A DNA stretch of 64,000 nt, from the NCBI GenBank assembly GCA_963727445.1, contig CAVSGI010000011.1:32001-96000 (forward strand), given 5' to 3'. The DNA is from an uncultured delta proteobacterium (GTDB taxonomy: Bacteria > Myxococcota_A > Polyangia > Polyangiales > B10-G4). The notes under the pieces are model-generated. The model was not told where the DNA came from, made no database searches, and worked only from the letters and a program-made list of their open reading frames with translations. Each line of letters begins with the position of its first letter. Within the stretch, counting starts at the first letter, position 1. Shown piece by piece: positions 51,379-62,457 of the stretch. The translations under genes were made by a program, and so were the position numbers.

Positions 51379-54300
51379 GCATCGGACGGCTCGCCTTGCG
51401 CCACCGCGCGCTCGTGATGGTGGTGCTCCTCGCCGCGATCGCCGGCGGCATCCTCTCCGCGAATTCACTGCCGAGCGGGATCTACCCCGAGGTCGAGTTC
51501 CCGCGCATCGGGGTGGTGGTGCGCCAGGGCGACGCGCCGCCGCCGGTCTTTCAGACGGTCGTCACGCGCCCTGTCGAGGAGGCCCTCTCCTCGGTGATGG
51601 GCATCGAACGGATCCGGTCGCGGACGATCCGCGGTGGGGCCTCGATCGATCTCCTCTTCGCCCCCGACACCGACATGTGGCGCGCGCTTCAGTTGGTGGA
51701 CGCTTCGCTGAACGACGCGCGGGCGTCGCTGCCCGCGGGCACCACCGTGCGGGTGGAGCGCCTCACGCCCGTCGCCTTCCCGATCCTCACCTTCAACGTG
51801 AGCAGCGCGACCATCGACTCGCGCGACCTGCACGATCTGGCGGAGCTCACCCTCAAGCCGGCCCTCTCCCGCGTGCACGGCGTGGGAAAGGTCGGCGTCC
51901 TCGGCGGCGACATCCGGGAGATGGAGATCGTCGTCGACCCCGAGCGCGCGGCGGTGATGCACCTGACCCTCGACGGCATCGCCGCGAGCGTGCACAAGGA
52001 GACCTCCCTCGCGACCGTCGGACGCTTCGAGCAGAACCACGGCATGACGACGGTGATCGCCTCGGCGGAGCCCACCGCGGCGAGCGATCTCGAGGCGCTC
52101 ACCATCGGCACCGACCCGGACGGCGCGCCCATCCCTCTGGCGTCCGTCGCCGACATCTACGAGGGCTCGGAGGACCGGCTCTATCGGACCTCGGGCCCCA
52201 ACGGCGACAGCGTCCTGATGACCGTGTCGCGAATGGAGGGAGCGAGCACCCCGGCGGTGGTGCAGGACGTGCTGGCCGCGGTCGACGAGCTGCAGTCGTC
52301 ACTGCCCGACGGCGTGGTGATCGAGCCGGTCTACGACCAGGGCTATCTGGTGAAGGAGGCGATCGCCAGCGTGCGAGACGCGATCCTGGTGGGGATCGTC
52401 CTGTGTCTCTTGGTGCTCGGCGCATTCCTGCGCGACGTGCGCGCCGGCCTGGTCGCCGCGCTCTCGGTGCCGGTCGCCCTCGCGGGCACGTTCATCGTGA
52501 TGCGTGTGTTGGGGCAGACGCTGAACCTCATGTCCCTCGGCGGGATGGCGGTGTCGATCGGGCTCGTCATCGACGACGCGATCGTGATCGTGGAGGCGAT
52601 CGCGCGCCGCCTCGAAGAGGGCGCGGGCCCCGCCGAGGCCACGGTAGAGGGGACCGACGAGCTGGCGTCGGCGGTGATCGGCACGACCATCACCACCGTC
52701 ATCGTGCTGGTGCCGCTGGCGTTTCTGCGCGGGATCGTAGGCTCCTTCTTCGGTGCGCTCTCCATCACCCTCGCGGCGGCGGTGGTGATCTCGCTCTTCG
52801 TCGCGCTCTTCGTGATCCCGCCGGTGGCGGCCTTCGTCCTCCGCGCGCGCCCCGGCCGTGCGTCGAAGGAGATCGGTTGGCTCTCGCGCATCGTGCGCGG
52901 GGCGGCGGCCCGGCCGTGGATCGGCGTCGCTGTCACCGCCGCGGCCATCCTCTTCTGCGTCGTCGCGGTAGAGCACGTGCCCAGTGGGTTCATGCCGAGC
53001 TGCGACGAGGGCGCCTTCGTCCTCGACTACGAGGCGCCCGCCGGCAGCGCGCTCACCGACACCGACGCCTCGGCGCGTCGCATCGAGCAGATCCTCCGAG
53101 AGACCCCCGAGGTCGAGACCTTCTCGCGCCGCACCGGCGCCCAGCTCAACCCGACGGCGGTGACCCTCCTCGACTCGGGCGACTTCATCGTGCGACTGAA
53201 GCCGCCGCCCAGAAGGCACGCCGACGAGGTCATCGCCTCGATCCGCGCGCGCGTGGAGCGCGAGGTGCCGTCGGTGCGCGTCGAGTTCGTCCAGCTCCTT
53301 CAGGACATGCTCAACGATCTGTCCGGAACCCCGCGCCCGGTCGAGGTGAAGCTCTTCGGCGAGGACTACGCCGTGCTGAAACGTCTCGCGGCCGAGATGG
53401 AACCGCGCCTGAGCGCGATCGACGGGGTGGTGGACGTGTACGGAGGCGTCGAGCGCCCTTCGCCCCAGCTGGTGGTCCACGTCGACAGCGCCGCGACGAG
53501 CCGGCTCGGCGTCGACGCCACCAGCGTCGAGAGAGAGGCCAGCGCGATCATGCTCGGCGCCCGGGCCGGCGAGATGCGCCGCTTCGATCGCATGATCGGG
53601 ATCCGCGTGCGCGCGCCCGACAGCGTGCGCTACGACCCCGCGCGGATCGAGGGGCTGCCCATCGCGCCGGCGGCGACGGGGGCCGCGGGCATGGCGCACG
53701 AGGCGGTCCGGCTGGACGCGGTCGCGGACATCGTGCGGGAGCCCGTGGCGACGGTGCTCCGGCACGAAGCGCTGCAGCCGGTCGTGATCCTGACGGCCGA
53801 TCACGAGGGCCGTGACCTCGGCAGCATCGACCGCGACGTCGAGGCCGCGGTGCAGGGCCTCACCATGCCGCCGGGGTATCACGCCGAGCTGGGCGGACAG
53901 TCCGCGGAGCAGAAGGCCTCACAGAAGAGCCTCCTCGAGGTCGCGGGCGCCGGCGCGCTCCTGGTGCTGATGGTGCTCGTCGCGCAGTTCGGCTCGATCC
54001 GCCCGGCCGTCGCCGTCCTTCTGACGACGCCTTTGGCGCTGGTGGGCGCGTTGGCCGCGTTGTGGATCACCGACGTCCCGCTGAACGCCGCGTCCCTGAT
54101 GGGCTGCGTCCTGCTGGTGGGGTTGGTGGTGAAGAACGGCATCCTCCTGCTCGAGCTCGCCGAGGCGCGTGCGCGAGATGGTGTCGCCTATGGTCAGGCG
54201 CTCGCCGAAGCGGCGTCGCGACGCACGCGCCCCATCGCCATGACGACCCTCGCCACCATCGCGGGCCTCTCCCCCTCGCGCTCGCGATCGGTCAGGGCGC

Positions 54301-54460
54301 GGAGCTGCAACAGCCATTGGCAATCGCCGTGATCGGGGGGCTCACGCTCTCGGCGGTGCTCAGCCTCCTGGTCCTGCCATCGCTGGCCGCGGGGCTACAG
54401 CGCCTCCGACTCCCGAGTCATCCAGCGGTCGACACGGACCCGCACCTGCGCGCGCGCTAG
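51375..54460 (+). CDS. RND efflux permease (CusA/CzcA-like), frameshift near 54270
   Basis: YPEVEFP, LNLMSLGG..IGLVIDDAIV, VVKNGILL, RTRPIAMTT; the last helices PLALAIGQGAELQQPLAIAVIGGL lie in the 54062-54460 frame. Confidence 0.92.
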
Positions 54461-54564
54461 CCCCTTTCGAGGCACACACCGTCCAGGCTCTGAACGGCCC
54501 AATCCACGATCCTCAGGCGTTTTTGGGTTGCCAGCTTGGTACGGAGGTTGCGAATAGCTCCCTC

Positions 54565-56061
54565 GTGCGCCTCCCTCTGCTTCCTCTCCTCAGCATCGTT
54601 CTTCTTTCGCTCGCTGCCTGCGTCGCACCCGCGCCGGGCCCGGGAGAGGAGGTCGGGGGGACGGCCGAAGCCCTCCGGGCCTGCGCCGACAGCCCTGGCA
54701 TTCGCGGCATCGACGTCTCCCACTGGCAGGGCACGATCAACTGGGACCGGGTCGCGGGCGACCACATCAAGTTCGCGATCATCCGCATCGCCGACGGTAC
54801 GGGCACCTTCGACGACCAGTTCGACAGGAACTGGCGCGAGTCCCGGCGGGTGGGCGTGCTCCGCGGCGCCTACCAGTTCTTCCGGCCCAACCAGGATCCC
54901 ATCGCCCAGGCCGACCTCTTCCTCCGCCACCTCGGCACCCTCGAGACCGACGATCTCTCTCCGGTCATCGACGTCGAGGTCACCGGCGGCCGCAGCCCGG
55001 CGCAGATCCGAACCGCCATGCGCAGCTGGATCGACCGGGTGGAGGGAGCCACGGGCCGCAAGGTCGTGATCTACACCGGCCCCTACTTCTGGCAGACCAA
55101 CCTGAACAACACCGCCGCCTTCGCAGACAACCCGCTGTGGATCGCCAACTGGGGCGTGAGCTGCCCCAGCATCCCCGACGCCTGGAGCGACTGGGCGTTC
55201 TGGCAGACCTCGAGCACGGGGTCGATCGCGGGCATCTCGGGCAACGTCGACACCGACGTCTTCGACGGCACCGTCGACGAGCTCCGCGCCTTCGGCGGAC
55301 CGCGCTGCACCGCGCATTGCGAAGGCACCACCATCGTGGGCGACGACTGCGGCATGGGCGACTGTGCGGCCTTCGGCTCGCGCTGCGTGGACGACTCGCG
55401 GGGCGTCCGCTGCGCCTTCGCCTTCTGTCCCGACGTCGGCGAGGCTGACGTCTGCATCGACGACACCACCATCGGCCACTGCACCGACGGCGCGGTGGAG
55501 ACCGGCGACTGCGCCGACGGCGGCGGCATCTGCTCCACCGCCGGGCGGACCGACAACGAAGCGCGCTGCGTCTCGGCGCTCTGCGTGACGGGTCCCGACG
55601 AAGCGCCCGTCGCCCACGACGGCTGCGCCGACGGCGGCCAGCTCGTGCACTGCGACGCCGAGGGCCAGGCCACGACCGAGGCGTGCGCCGAGGGCGAGGC
55701 CTGCTCGATGCTGGGCGGCGCAGCCCACTGCGCGCCGATCGTCTGTCCCGCGACGGGCGAGGCCGACGTCTGCGCGGACGCCGAGACCCTCGCTCACTGC
55801 AGCGGAGGCTCCGTGGCCACGACGCAGCACTGCGACGCGGGCTGCTCGACCGACGGCGAGGTCCCCTCGTGCACCTCCCCGGTCGAAGCGCCGCCCGATT
55901 CACCGATGGGCACCGGCCTCGAGGGGTCGCGGCACATCGAAGGCAGCGTGGGCTGCGACGCGACCGGGGTGGCCGGCGGCGGCGGCTCTCTGCCGAGCGC
56001 CGCGCTCTTCCTGCTCGCCCTTCTGGGGCTCGGACGTTGGTCCAAGCGCCGGAGCGACTGA
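54565..56061 (+). CDS. GH25 muramidase with Cys-rich repeats and MYXO-CTERM-like tail
   Basis: LAAC lipobox, GIDVSHWQG, GAYQF, PVIDVE (DxE), LWIANW, FWQ, VDTD; terminal VGC...ALFLLALLGLGRWSKRR. Confidence 0.9.
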   Translation: MRLPLLPLLSIVLLSLAACVAPAPGPGEEVGGTAEALRACADSPGIRGIDVSHWQGTINWDRVAGDHIKFAIIRIADGTGTFDDQFDRNWRESRRVGVLRGAYQFFRPNQDPIAQADLFLRHLGTLETDDLSPVIDVEVTGGRSPAQIRTAMRSWIDRVEGATGRKVVIYTGPYFWQTNLNNTAAFADNPLWIANWGVSCPSIPDAWSDWAFWQTSSTGSIAGISGNVDTDVFDGTVDELRAFGGPRCTAHCEGTTIVGDDCGMGDCAAFGSRCVDDSRGVRCAFAFCPDVGEADVCIDDTTIGHCTDGAVETGDCADGGGICSTAGRTDNEARCVSALCVTGPDEAPVAHDGCADGGQLVHCDAEGQATTEACAEGEACSMLGGAAHCAPIVCPATGEADVCADAETLAHCSGGSVATTQHCDAGCSTDGEVPSCTSPVEAPPDSPMGTGLEGSRHIEGSVGCDATGVAGGGGSLPSAALFLLALLGLGRWSKRRSD

Positions 56062-56065
56062 CGAC

Positions 56066-57133
56066 TCAGCCGCTTCGACCGATGCTCCCGTCGGCGAGCC
56101 CGTCGCGCAGCTTCTTCACTTCGGCCGTCGCCGCGAGGACGATCAGCGTCATGCCCTCCGCGATCTTGGTCGCCGGTCCGGGGTTCCAGGTGTAGCCCCC
56201 GTCTCCGGCTTTCACGGCGATGACGAGCACGTCGGTCGCACGACGGATGTCGGTGTTGCGCAGCTCGGTTCCGATCAAGCTGCTCTCGGTGGGGATGGGG
56301 ATCTCCTCGATGCGCAGGTTCTGTTCGCGATCGCGGACCATCAGGTCGAGGAACTCGAGGACGCGCGGGCGGATCATCTCGGAGACCAGGCGCATTCCAC
56401 CGATGCGGTATGGCGAGACGACCGAGTCGGCGCCCGCGCGCAGGAGCTTTCGCGCAGCGGTGTCCTCGATGGCCTTGGCCACGATGCGTGCCTTCGGGTT
56501 CAGCGCGCGCGCGGTGATGGTCAAGAAGACGTTCTGCTTGTCGTCGTGCAGCGCGGCGATGACGCCGCGGGCTCGCTCGATGCCGGCGTGGTGAAGGGTG
56601 GTGTCGTCGGTGGCATCGCCCACCACGTACATCAGCTCCGTCTTGGGGAGCTCTTCGTCCACCCGGGCGAGGCGCTCGGCGTCTTCGTCGATCGCGACGA
56701 AGTCCTGGTCGGTGAGCTGCAGCTCTTCGAGGATGTGCACTCCGGTCGAGCCCACCCCGCAGACGACGATGTGGTCCTTGAGCTGATCGATTCGTTTCTG
56801 CATTCGGTTTCTCCGCAGGGCGCCGACGAGATCCCCTTCGACCACGAATGCGGTGAAGGTGGAGACGAAATAGAGCAGCGTGCCGCTACCGAGGATGATC
56901 AGACCGACGGTGAAGGGGCGCGCCCCCGTGACCGTCTCGAGTCCGGGCAGCATCTCGCCGAAGCCCACCGTCGAGACGGTGATCACCGTCATGTAAAAGC
57001 AGTCCCAGAACTCCCACCGGCCCTGTCCGATCTGGTGGTAGCCGACGGCGCCCACCACCACGACCGAGACGAAGAACCCCCCTGCCGCGATCAAGCGGCC
57101 GACCAGCAGATCCCTGGGCTCGGAGTCGTTCAC
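56066..57133 (-). CDS. 2-TM potassium channel with RCK (TrkA-N/TrkA-C) domains
   Basis: YMTVITVSTVGFGE filter, HIVVCGVGSTG, GDAT, AGADSVVSP; start set at GTG 57133. Confidence 0.92.
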   Translation of the reverse strand: MNDSEPRDLLVGRLIAAGGFFVSVVVVGAVGYHQIGQGRWEFWDCFYMTVITVSTVGFGEMLPGLETVTGARPFTVGLIILGSGTLLYFVSTFTAFVVEGDLVGALRRNRMQKRIDQLKDHIVVCGVGSTGVHILEELQLTDQDFVAIDEDAERLARVDEELPKTELMYVVGDATDDTTLHHAGIERARGVIAALHDDKQNVFLTITARALNPKARIVAKAIEDTAARKLLRAGADSVVSPYRIGGMRLVSEMIRPRVLEFLDLMVRDREQNLRIEEIPIPTESSLIGTELRNTDIRRATDVLVIAVKAGDGGYTWNPGPATKIAEGMTLIVLAATAEVKKLRDGLADGSIGRSG

Positions 57134-57217
57134 CCTGAACGAATTGGACGGGGTGTGCCCCGAAGGTGTCAAAATAGGGGACGGCTGCCAGCCCGTCCTT
57201 GACGTCGATCTTCCCGG

Positions 57218-58756
57218 ATGGCACGAGCCCGGCCGGTGGCAGATGGCGACCAGACCAGGACCGCAGGCCGAGGCTTGCTCTTCATCGTAGGAGCGAAGGT
57301 CTGGTTCATCGTCTCGGCCTACGCGATCTACTTCATCCTGCCGCGCCTGCTCGGCACCCCGGAGGCCTTTGGTCTCTACTCGACGGTGCTGTCGACGGTC
57401 TCCATCCTGAACAACGTCCTGATCGCGGCGACGGTTCAGACCGTCAGCAAGCTGGTCAGCGAGGACATGGACCGCGCTGGGGCGACCTTGCGACAGGGGC
57501 TCCGCATTCAGCTGGTCATCGGGGTGGTGGTGTCGGGCAGCCTCGCCCTGGGTGCGCCGCTGCTGGCGGAGGGCTTCCTCAAGGACGCGGAGCTCACCCC
57601 CCTGCTTCGGCTCTGCGCCGTCGTCGTCTTTTCGTATTCGATCTACGCGGCCCTGGTGGGCTCCCTCAACGGGCGGCACCTCTTCGGGAAGCAGGCGGGC
57701 CTGGACGCGTCCTTCTCGCTCTTCCGGATGACGGGGATCCTCGGCGGGGCGGCGCTCGGGTTCGGCGTGATGGGCGCCATCGGCGGCTTCGCCTCCGCCG
57801 CCTTCCTCATCCTGATCATCGCGCTCATCCGGGTCGGGATCGGCGAGAAGGGAGAGCCGCTTTCCCTCCAGCGTTGGACGTCCTTCATGCGTCCGATCTG
57901 GATCTACCAGGCGTTCCTGAACGGCATCCTCTTGATCGACGTCCTGGTGATGAAGAACACCCTCACCACCATCGCCGGGGACGCTGGCATCGAAGCCGCC
58001 GAAGCGGTGCGCATCGCCAACGAGAACGTCGGCTACTACAGCGCGGCCCAGAAGTTCGCCTTCGTGCCCTATCAGCTGATGCTGAGCCTGACGTTCATCA
58101 TCTTCCCGATGATCTCCAAAGCGACGAGCGAGGGCGACACCGAGAGCGCGCGCCAGACGATCCGCGGCGCGCTCCGCTTCGCCGTCATCGTCCTGGTCTC
58201 CATCGCCGCACCGATGGCCGGCGCCGCCGACGGCGTGATGCTCATCGCCTACCCCAGCGAGTACCTGGCAGGCTCCGGCGCGCTGAGCGTCCTGGTGTTG
58301 GGCGCGGCGAGCTTCGCGCTCTTCGTGATCAGCGCGACCGCGCTGTCGGGCGCGGGACGACCGGGCGCGGCCGCCGCCGTCGCCGCCGCCGGGCTCACGG
58401 CCGTCGTCCTCGGCAACCGGCTCCTGGTCACCTGGGTCGGCATCGGCGACATGACGCTCACCGCGGCCGCCTGCGGGACGGGCGCGGGCATGGCGCTGGC
58501 GATGCTCATCGCGGGCGCGCTGGTCTACCGCCGCTTCGGCGCCTTCGTCGCGCCTCTCACCGTCTTGCGCGTGGGGATCGCCGGCGCGGCCGGCTGGCTC
58601 ACCGCCGGCTACGTCCCTCACGCGAGCCGCATCATGGCCCTCGTCGCCCTGGCGGCGGGCTTCTTCGCCTTCCTGGTCGTCCTCTTCGTGGTGCGCGAGG
58701 GCACCGCCGAGGATCTCGCTCTCGTGAAGCGCGTGCTGGGCCGCAGCAAGAAGTAG
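57218..58756 (+). CDS. MOP-superfamily oligosaccharide flippase
   Basis: About 14 hydrophobic segments, RLLG..FGLY, GYYSAA, IFPMIS. Confidence 0.85.
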   Translation: MARARPVADGDQTRTAGRGLLFIVGAKVWFIVSAYAIYFILPRLLGTPEAFGLYSTVLSTVSILNNVLIAATVQTVSKLVSEDMDRAGATLRQGLRIQLVIGVVVSGSLALGAPLLAEGFLKDAELTPLLRLCAVVVFSYSIYAALVGSLNGRHLFGKQAGLDASFSLFRMTGILGGAALGFGVMGAIGGFASAAFLILIIALIRVGIGEKGEPLSLQRWTSFMRPIWIYQAFLNGILLIDVLVMKNTLTTIAGDAGIEAAEAVRIANENVGYYSAAQKFAFVPYQLMLSLTFIIFPMISKATSEGDTESARQTIRGALRFAVIVLVSIAAPMAGAADGVMLIAYPSEYLAGSGALSVLVLGAASFALFVISATALSGAGRPGAAAAVAAAGLTAVVLGNRLLVTWVGIGDMTLTAAACGTGAGMALAMLIAGALVYRRFGAFVAPLTVLRVGIAGAAGWLTAGYVPHASRIMALVALAAGFFAFLVVLFVVREGTAEDLALVKRVLGRSKK

Positions 58757-58761
58757 GGCGG

Positions 58762-59676
58762 CTAACCGAGTGCGCGCGGCAGCTTCGGCATCTTCTTGCC
58801 GTGCGCGAGGAGCGCGTCGAGCACCGTCCTGAGGCCCGCGGTCATCGGCGCGTCGGCGCGCCACACCAGCGTGATCTGATCGTCGAAGCCCGGCAGCTTG
58901 CGCGAGAGCGGGCGGAGCTTGCCCTCCGCCACACCATGCGCCGCCACTCGATAGGGCAGGACACCGACGCCGGCGCCGTCGAGGACCAGGCTCTTCACGA
59001 GCTCCATGCTCGAGCACGCCACCGTGCGTCCCACCGGGATCTCACGGCTGGCGAGCTCCGCCAGCAGCACCTGCGTCTGGCGCAGCGCCGGGACGAAGAA
59101 GAGGGGCCTCTCGATCAGGACGGAGAGCGGCTTCTTCCGCTGCTTCATCAACGCCTCGGCCACCACGAAGGTGACGCGATCCGCGAAGAGATCACGCACG
59201 ACGCAGTCCGGATGCCGAGCCGGGTTCACCACCAACCCCAGATCCACCGTGCGCTCGACGATCGCGTCCTCGATGTTCTTGGAGTTGGCGTTGTGAAGCG
59301 CGATCTGGATGTCGGGATAGCGCTCGAGGAATCGCCCCATGAAGCCCGGGAGCACGTAGGTCCCGAGCGACTCGTGGCAGCCGAGCACGAAGCTGCCCCG
59401 GGGCTCGGTCTGCAGCGAGTCGATCTCGTCTCGGGCCGCGTCGAGCGCCCGCCCCGCTTCGCGCGCGCGGCTCAAGAGCCGCTCGCCCGCGGGCGTGAGC
59501 TTCACCCCGCGCGCGTGTCGGTGAAAGAGCTGGGTATCGAGGCGCTCCTCGAGCTTCTTCACCGCCACGCTCACCGAGGGTTGGCTCACGCGCAGCGCTT
59601 CCGCTGCCGCGCTGAAGGAGCCGTGGCTCGCTACTTCGACGAAATAGACCAAGCCTGGATCCAGGAGGTTGCTCAT
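58762..59676 (-). CDS. LysR-family transcriptional regulator
   Basis: FVEVASHGSFSAAAEALRVSQPSVSVAVKKLEERL..LFHR..LTPAG. Confidence 0.95.
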   Translation of the reverse strand: MSNLLDPGLVYFVEVASHGSFSAAAEALRVSQPSVSVAVKKLEERLDTQLFHRHARGVKLTPAGERLLSRAREAGRALDAARDEIDSLQTEPRGSFVLGCHESLGTYVLPGFMGRFLERYPDIQIALHNANSKNIEDAIVERTVDLGLVVNPARHPDCVVRDLFADRVTFVVAEALMKQRKKPLSVLIERPLFFVPALRQTQVLLAELASREIPVGRTVACSSMELVKSLVLDGAGVGVLPYRVAAHGVAEGKLRPLSRKLPGFDDQITLVWRADAPMTAGLRTVLDALLAHGKKMPKLPRALG

Positions 59677-59757
59677 CGTCTGTGACTATAGCCCAGCCGT
59701 CACTCGGGCCGGTGCGGCCAAAGTCGCGTGTCCACGCATCCTGTTCACGAGCGGCCG

Positions 59758-60369
59758 TCAGGCGTGTGCGTCGGACTCGTCTTTGGACCTCACGTCTCGT
59801 GCCTCGACACCGTCGGTGCCCGCCATCCGCGCCACGAGCTCCACGCGCGAGTGCACGCCGAGCTTCGAGAAGATGCGCTTGAGGTAGGTGTTCACGGTGG
59901 CCACCGTGAGCCCGGTTCGAGACGCGATCTCGCGCGTCGACGATCCGGCGACCAGGAGCGCGACGACATCGCGCTCCCTGGGCGTGAGCGGCGCGCGCGC
60001 GAGCGCATCCTGAAGCGACTCTCCGCTGCGTCGGCCGCCCTCGGAAGCGAGTCGATTCGCGTACGCGAGACCGCGCGCGAGAACGCGCGCCCCCCATCGC
60101 ACGAGCCGCAACTCCTGCTGGCCGAGCTTGTCGACACCTTCGGGCAGGTGAAGCGTGAGCGTCCCGATCGACTGTCGCCCGTTGCGAAGCGGCAGCTCCA
60201 CCGTCTCGCAACCATCAGACGGTTTCGGGTCGCTCTCGACGACGTCGCTCTCGCCTTCGAGCGTCAGCCTGAAGCCGGTCGCCTCTGCGAGCTTCGCGAC
60301 GAGTGACGCGCCGCGCTGTGGATAGGTGCGGACAGGGTCCAAGTGTAGAAGACCCTCCGCGATGTCCAT
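59758..60369 (-). CDS. LuxR-type HTH regulator with small N-terminal sensor-like domain
   Basis: LTPRERDVVALLVAGSSTREIA..TVNTYLKRIFSKLGVHSR. Confidence 0.9.
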   Translation of the reverse strand: MDIAEGLLHLDPVRTYPQRGASLVAKLAEATGFRLTLEGESDVVESDPKPSDGCETVELPLRNGRQSIGTLTLHLPEGVDKLGQQELRLVRWGARVLARGLAYANRLASEGGRRSGESLQDALARAPLTPRERDVVALLVAGSSTREIASRTGLTVATVNTYLKRIFSKLGVHSRVELVARMAGTDGVEARDVRSKDESDAHA

Positions 60370-60580
60370 GACTTGAAAGTTCAACGATCCCCCCAGTGTC
60401 CATCAATGACGGGCCATCCCCCCGGGATACTCCGCCATCTGGACCGCACGATCAGATTGACATGGTCCCATTATGTCAAGTGTTCCCAAGTAGAGACAAG
60501 CGCACGCCCCCGATTTGTTTCCTTCCCAGGCAAAAACCGCCCATTGCGACACTGCCCCACGGGCTGTAAAGAGAGCGGCC

Positions 60581-61528
60581 ATGACAGAAAAGGTGCTCAT
60601 CATCGGTTCCGGCCCCGCAGGCCTCACCGCCGCCATCTACGCCGCGCGCGCGAACCTCTCTCCCTTCTGCATCGAGGGACTGGTCACGGGGGGCATTCCG
60701 GGCGGCCAGCTGATGATCACCACGGAGGTCGAGAACTACCCCGGCTTTCCCGAAGGCATCAAGGGACCGGACCTGATGAAGCTCTTCCGCGATCAAGCGG
60801 AACGATTCGGCACGCGCTTCGTCACCAAGGACGTCGAGCGCGTCGACTTCACTTCGGGTGGACCGTTCAAGGTCTGGACCGACGAGGAGGAGTACAGCGC
60901 GCACTCGATCATCATCTCCACTGGCGCGAAGGCCCGCTGGCTCGGTCTCGAAAACGAGGAGAAGCTGCAGAACCGCGGCGTGAGCGCGTGCGCGACTTGC
61001 GATGGCTTCTTCTTTCGCGACCAGGACGTCTGCGTGGTCGGCGGTGGCGACACCGCCATGGAAGAAGCGCTCTACCTCGCCGGGCTCTGCAAGAGCGTGA
61101 CGGTGATCCACCGGCGTGACGAGCTTCGCGCTTCGAAGATCATGCAGGAGCGCGCGATGAAGCACCCGAAGATCACCTTCTTCTGGAATACGGTGGTCAC
61201 CGACGTGTTGGACGTGGAGGCCGGGACCGTGAACGCTCTGAAGCTGAAGGACGTCAAGACCGGCGAAGAGCGCGTGCATCCGACCCAGGGCCTCTTCATC
61301 GCCATCGGCCACACCCCGAACACCTCGATCTTCGGCGATGTCCTCGACCGGGACGAGCTCGGTTACCTGGTGACCAAGCCGGGGACGCCCGAGACCAACA
61401 TCCCGGGCGTCTTCGCCTCGGGGGATGTTCAGGACCACGTGTGGCGCCAGGCGGTCACCGCGGCCGGGACCGGTTGCATGGCGGCGATCGCCGCGGAGCG
61501 CTGGCTCAGCGAGCGCGACCTCACCTGA
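60581..61528 (+). CDS. trxB: thioredoxin reductase
   Basis: IIGSGPAG, VENYPGF, SACATCDG, VGGGDTA, IHRR, AIGH, GDV. Confidence 0.97.
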   Translation: MTEKVLIIGSGPAGLTAAIYAARANLSPFCIEGLVTGGIPGGQLMITTEVENYPGFPEGIKGPDLMKLFRDQAERFGTRFVTKDVERVDFTSGGPFKVWTDEEEYSAHSIIISTGAKARWLGLENEEKLQNRGVSACATCDGFFFRDQDVCVVGGGDTAMEEALYLAGLCKSVTVIHRRDELRASKIMQERAMKHPKITFFWNTVVTDVLDVEAGTVNALKLKDVKTGEERVHPTQGLFIAIGHTPNTSIFGDVLDRDELGYLVTKPGTPETNIPGVFASGDVQDHVWRQAVTAAGTGCMAAIAAERWLSERDLT

Positions 61529-61666
61529 CGCACGGGTGTTGACGTCTTGACGGTGCCGCCCGTGCGCGTCGAGACAGGATGGCGACGGGCGAGGGCAGGG
61601 CGTCCCGACTTTTCATGCGTTTTGTCGGCGCGCGGCGGTGGCCCGCGCGTTGCACATGCGGTGGGC

Positions 61667-62434
61667 ATGACCACGCAGCACGATCCGCGCATCCGCGACT
61701 TCCTCGATCACCACGACCCGGACCTCGTCCTCGCCGCTCTTCGCGCGCGAAAGGGCGGTCCGGCGCACATGCGCCGAATCGGCGCGCTGGCCCGCTCCGT
61801 AGCGAAGAGCGGCTGGCGCCCGCGGCGCATCCTCGACCTCCGGTGCGGAGCGGGCGACCTCGGGCGCACCCTGGGCCTCCTCCATCCGGACAGCGAGGTC
61901 GACTTCGTCGATCCCGAGCCCTTCAACCTCGCGATCTGCCGCCGCATCAATCGGCGTCGAGGCGCACGGGGGCGATTGATTCAGGCCGATCTCTGGGACT
62001 GGGATTGGACCAAGGAGCTCGAGCCCGAGTACGACCTCGTCGCCATCGACGACGGTCTGCGCCATCTCGACGCCGAGCGTGCGGCGGAGGTCCTCGGGGA
62101 GCTCGCGTGGCTCCTCGCCCCGGGCGCTCAGCTCCTGCTCTGCGAGCCGACTCCGCAGACCAACATCGACGACGAGCGCGACCCCTCCGCGCAGGACGAG
62201 TGGCACGGGTTCTTCCGGCGTCTCGAGCGCTCCTTGGGCTCCGCCGCTCCGCGCGGTCTGGTCGCCTCCGTCCCGCCCGGCCGCCATCCCATCGACGACG
62301 AGGGCCTGCCGGTTCGGGACTACCTCCGCTTCCTGCGCGACGCAGGCTTCGATCAGGCCGAGATCATCGGCAAGAGCGGCGGCCACGTCTCGATTCGCGC
62401 GGTGCACGAGACCTGGGAACGCCAGGCGGCCTGA
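61667..62434 (+). CDS. class I SAM-dependent methyltransferase-like protein
   Basis: RILDLRCGAG, FVD, IQADL, YDLV, LAPGA, LRDAGF. Confidence 0.75.
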   Translation: MTTQHDPRIRDFLDHHDPDLVLAALRARKGGPAHMRRIGALARSVAKSGWRPRRILDLRCGAGDLGRTLGLLHPDSEVDFVDPEPFNLAICRRINRRRGARGRLIQADLWDWDWTKELEPEYDLVAIDDGLRHLDAERAAEVLGELAWLLAPGAQLLLCEPTPQTNIDDERDPSAQDEWHGFFRRLERSLGSAAPRGLVASVPPGRHPIDDEGLPVRDYLRFLRDAGFDQAEIIGKSGGHVSIRAVHETWERQAA

Positions 62435-62457
62435 CGGAGAGGCGCGAGGCGAGCTAA

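Noticed and set aside
56066..59017. 983-aa K+ channel as given in the ORF track
   Set aside because: The upstream 600+ codons are antisense to the flippase gene; channel homology starts near 57133
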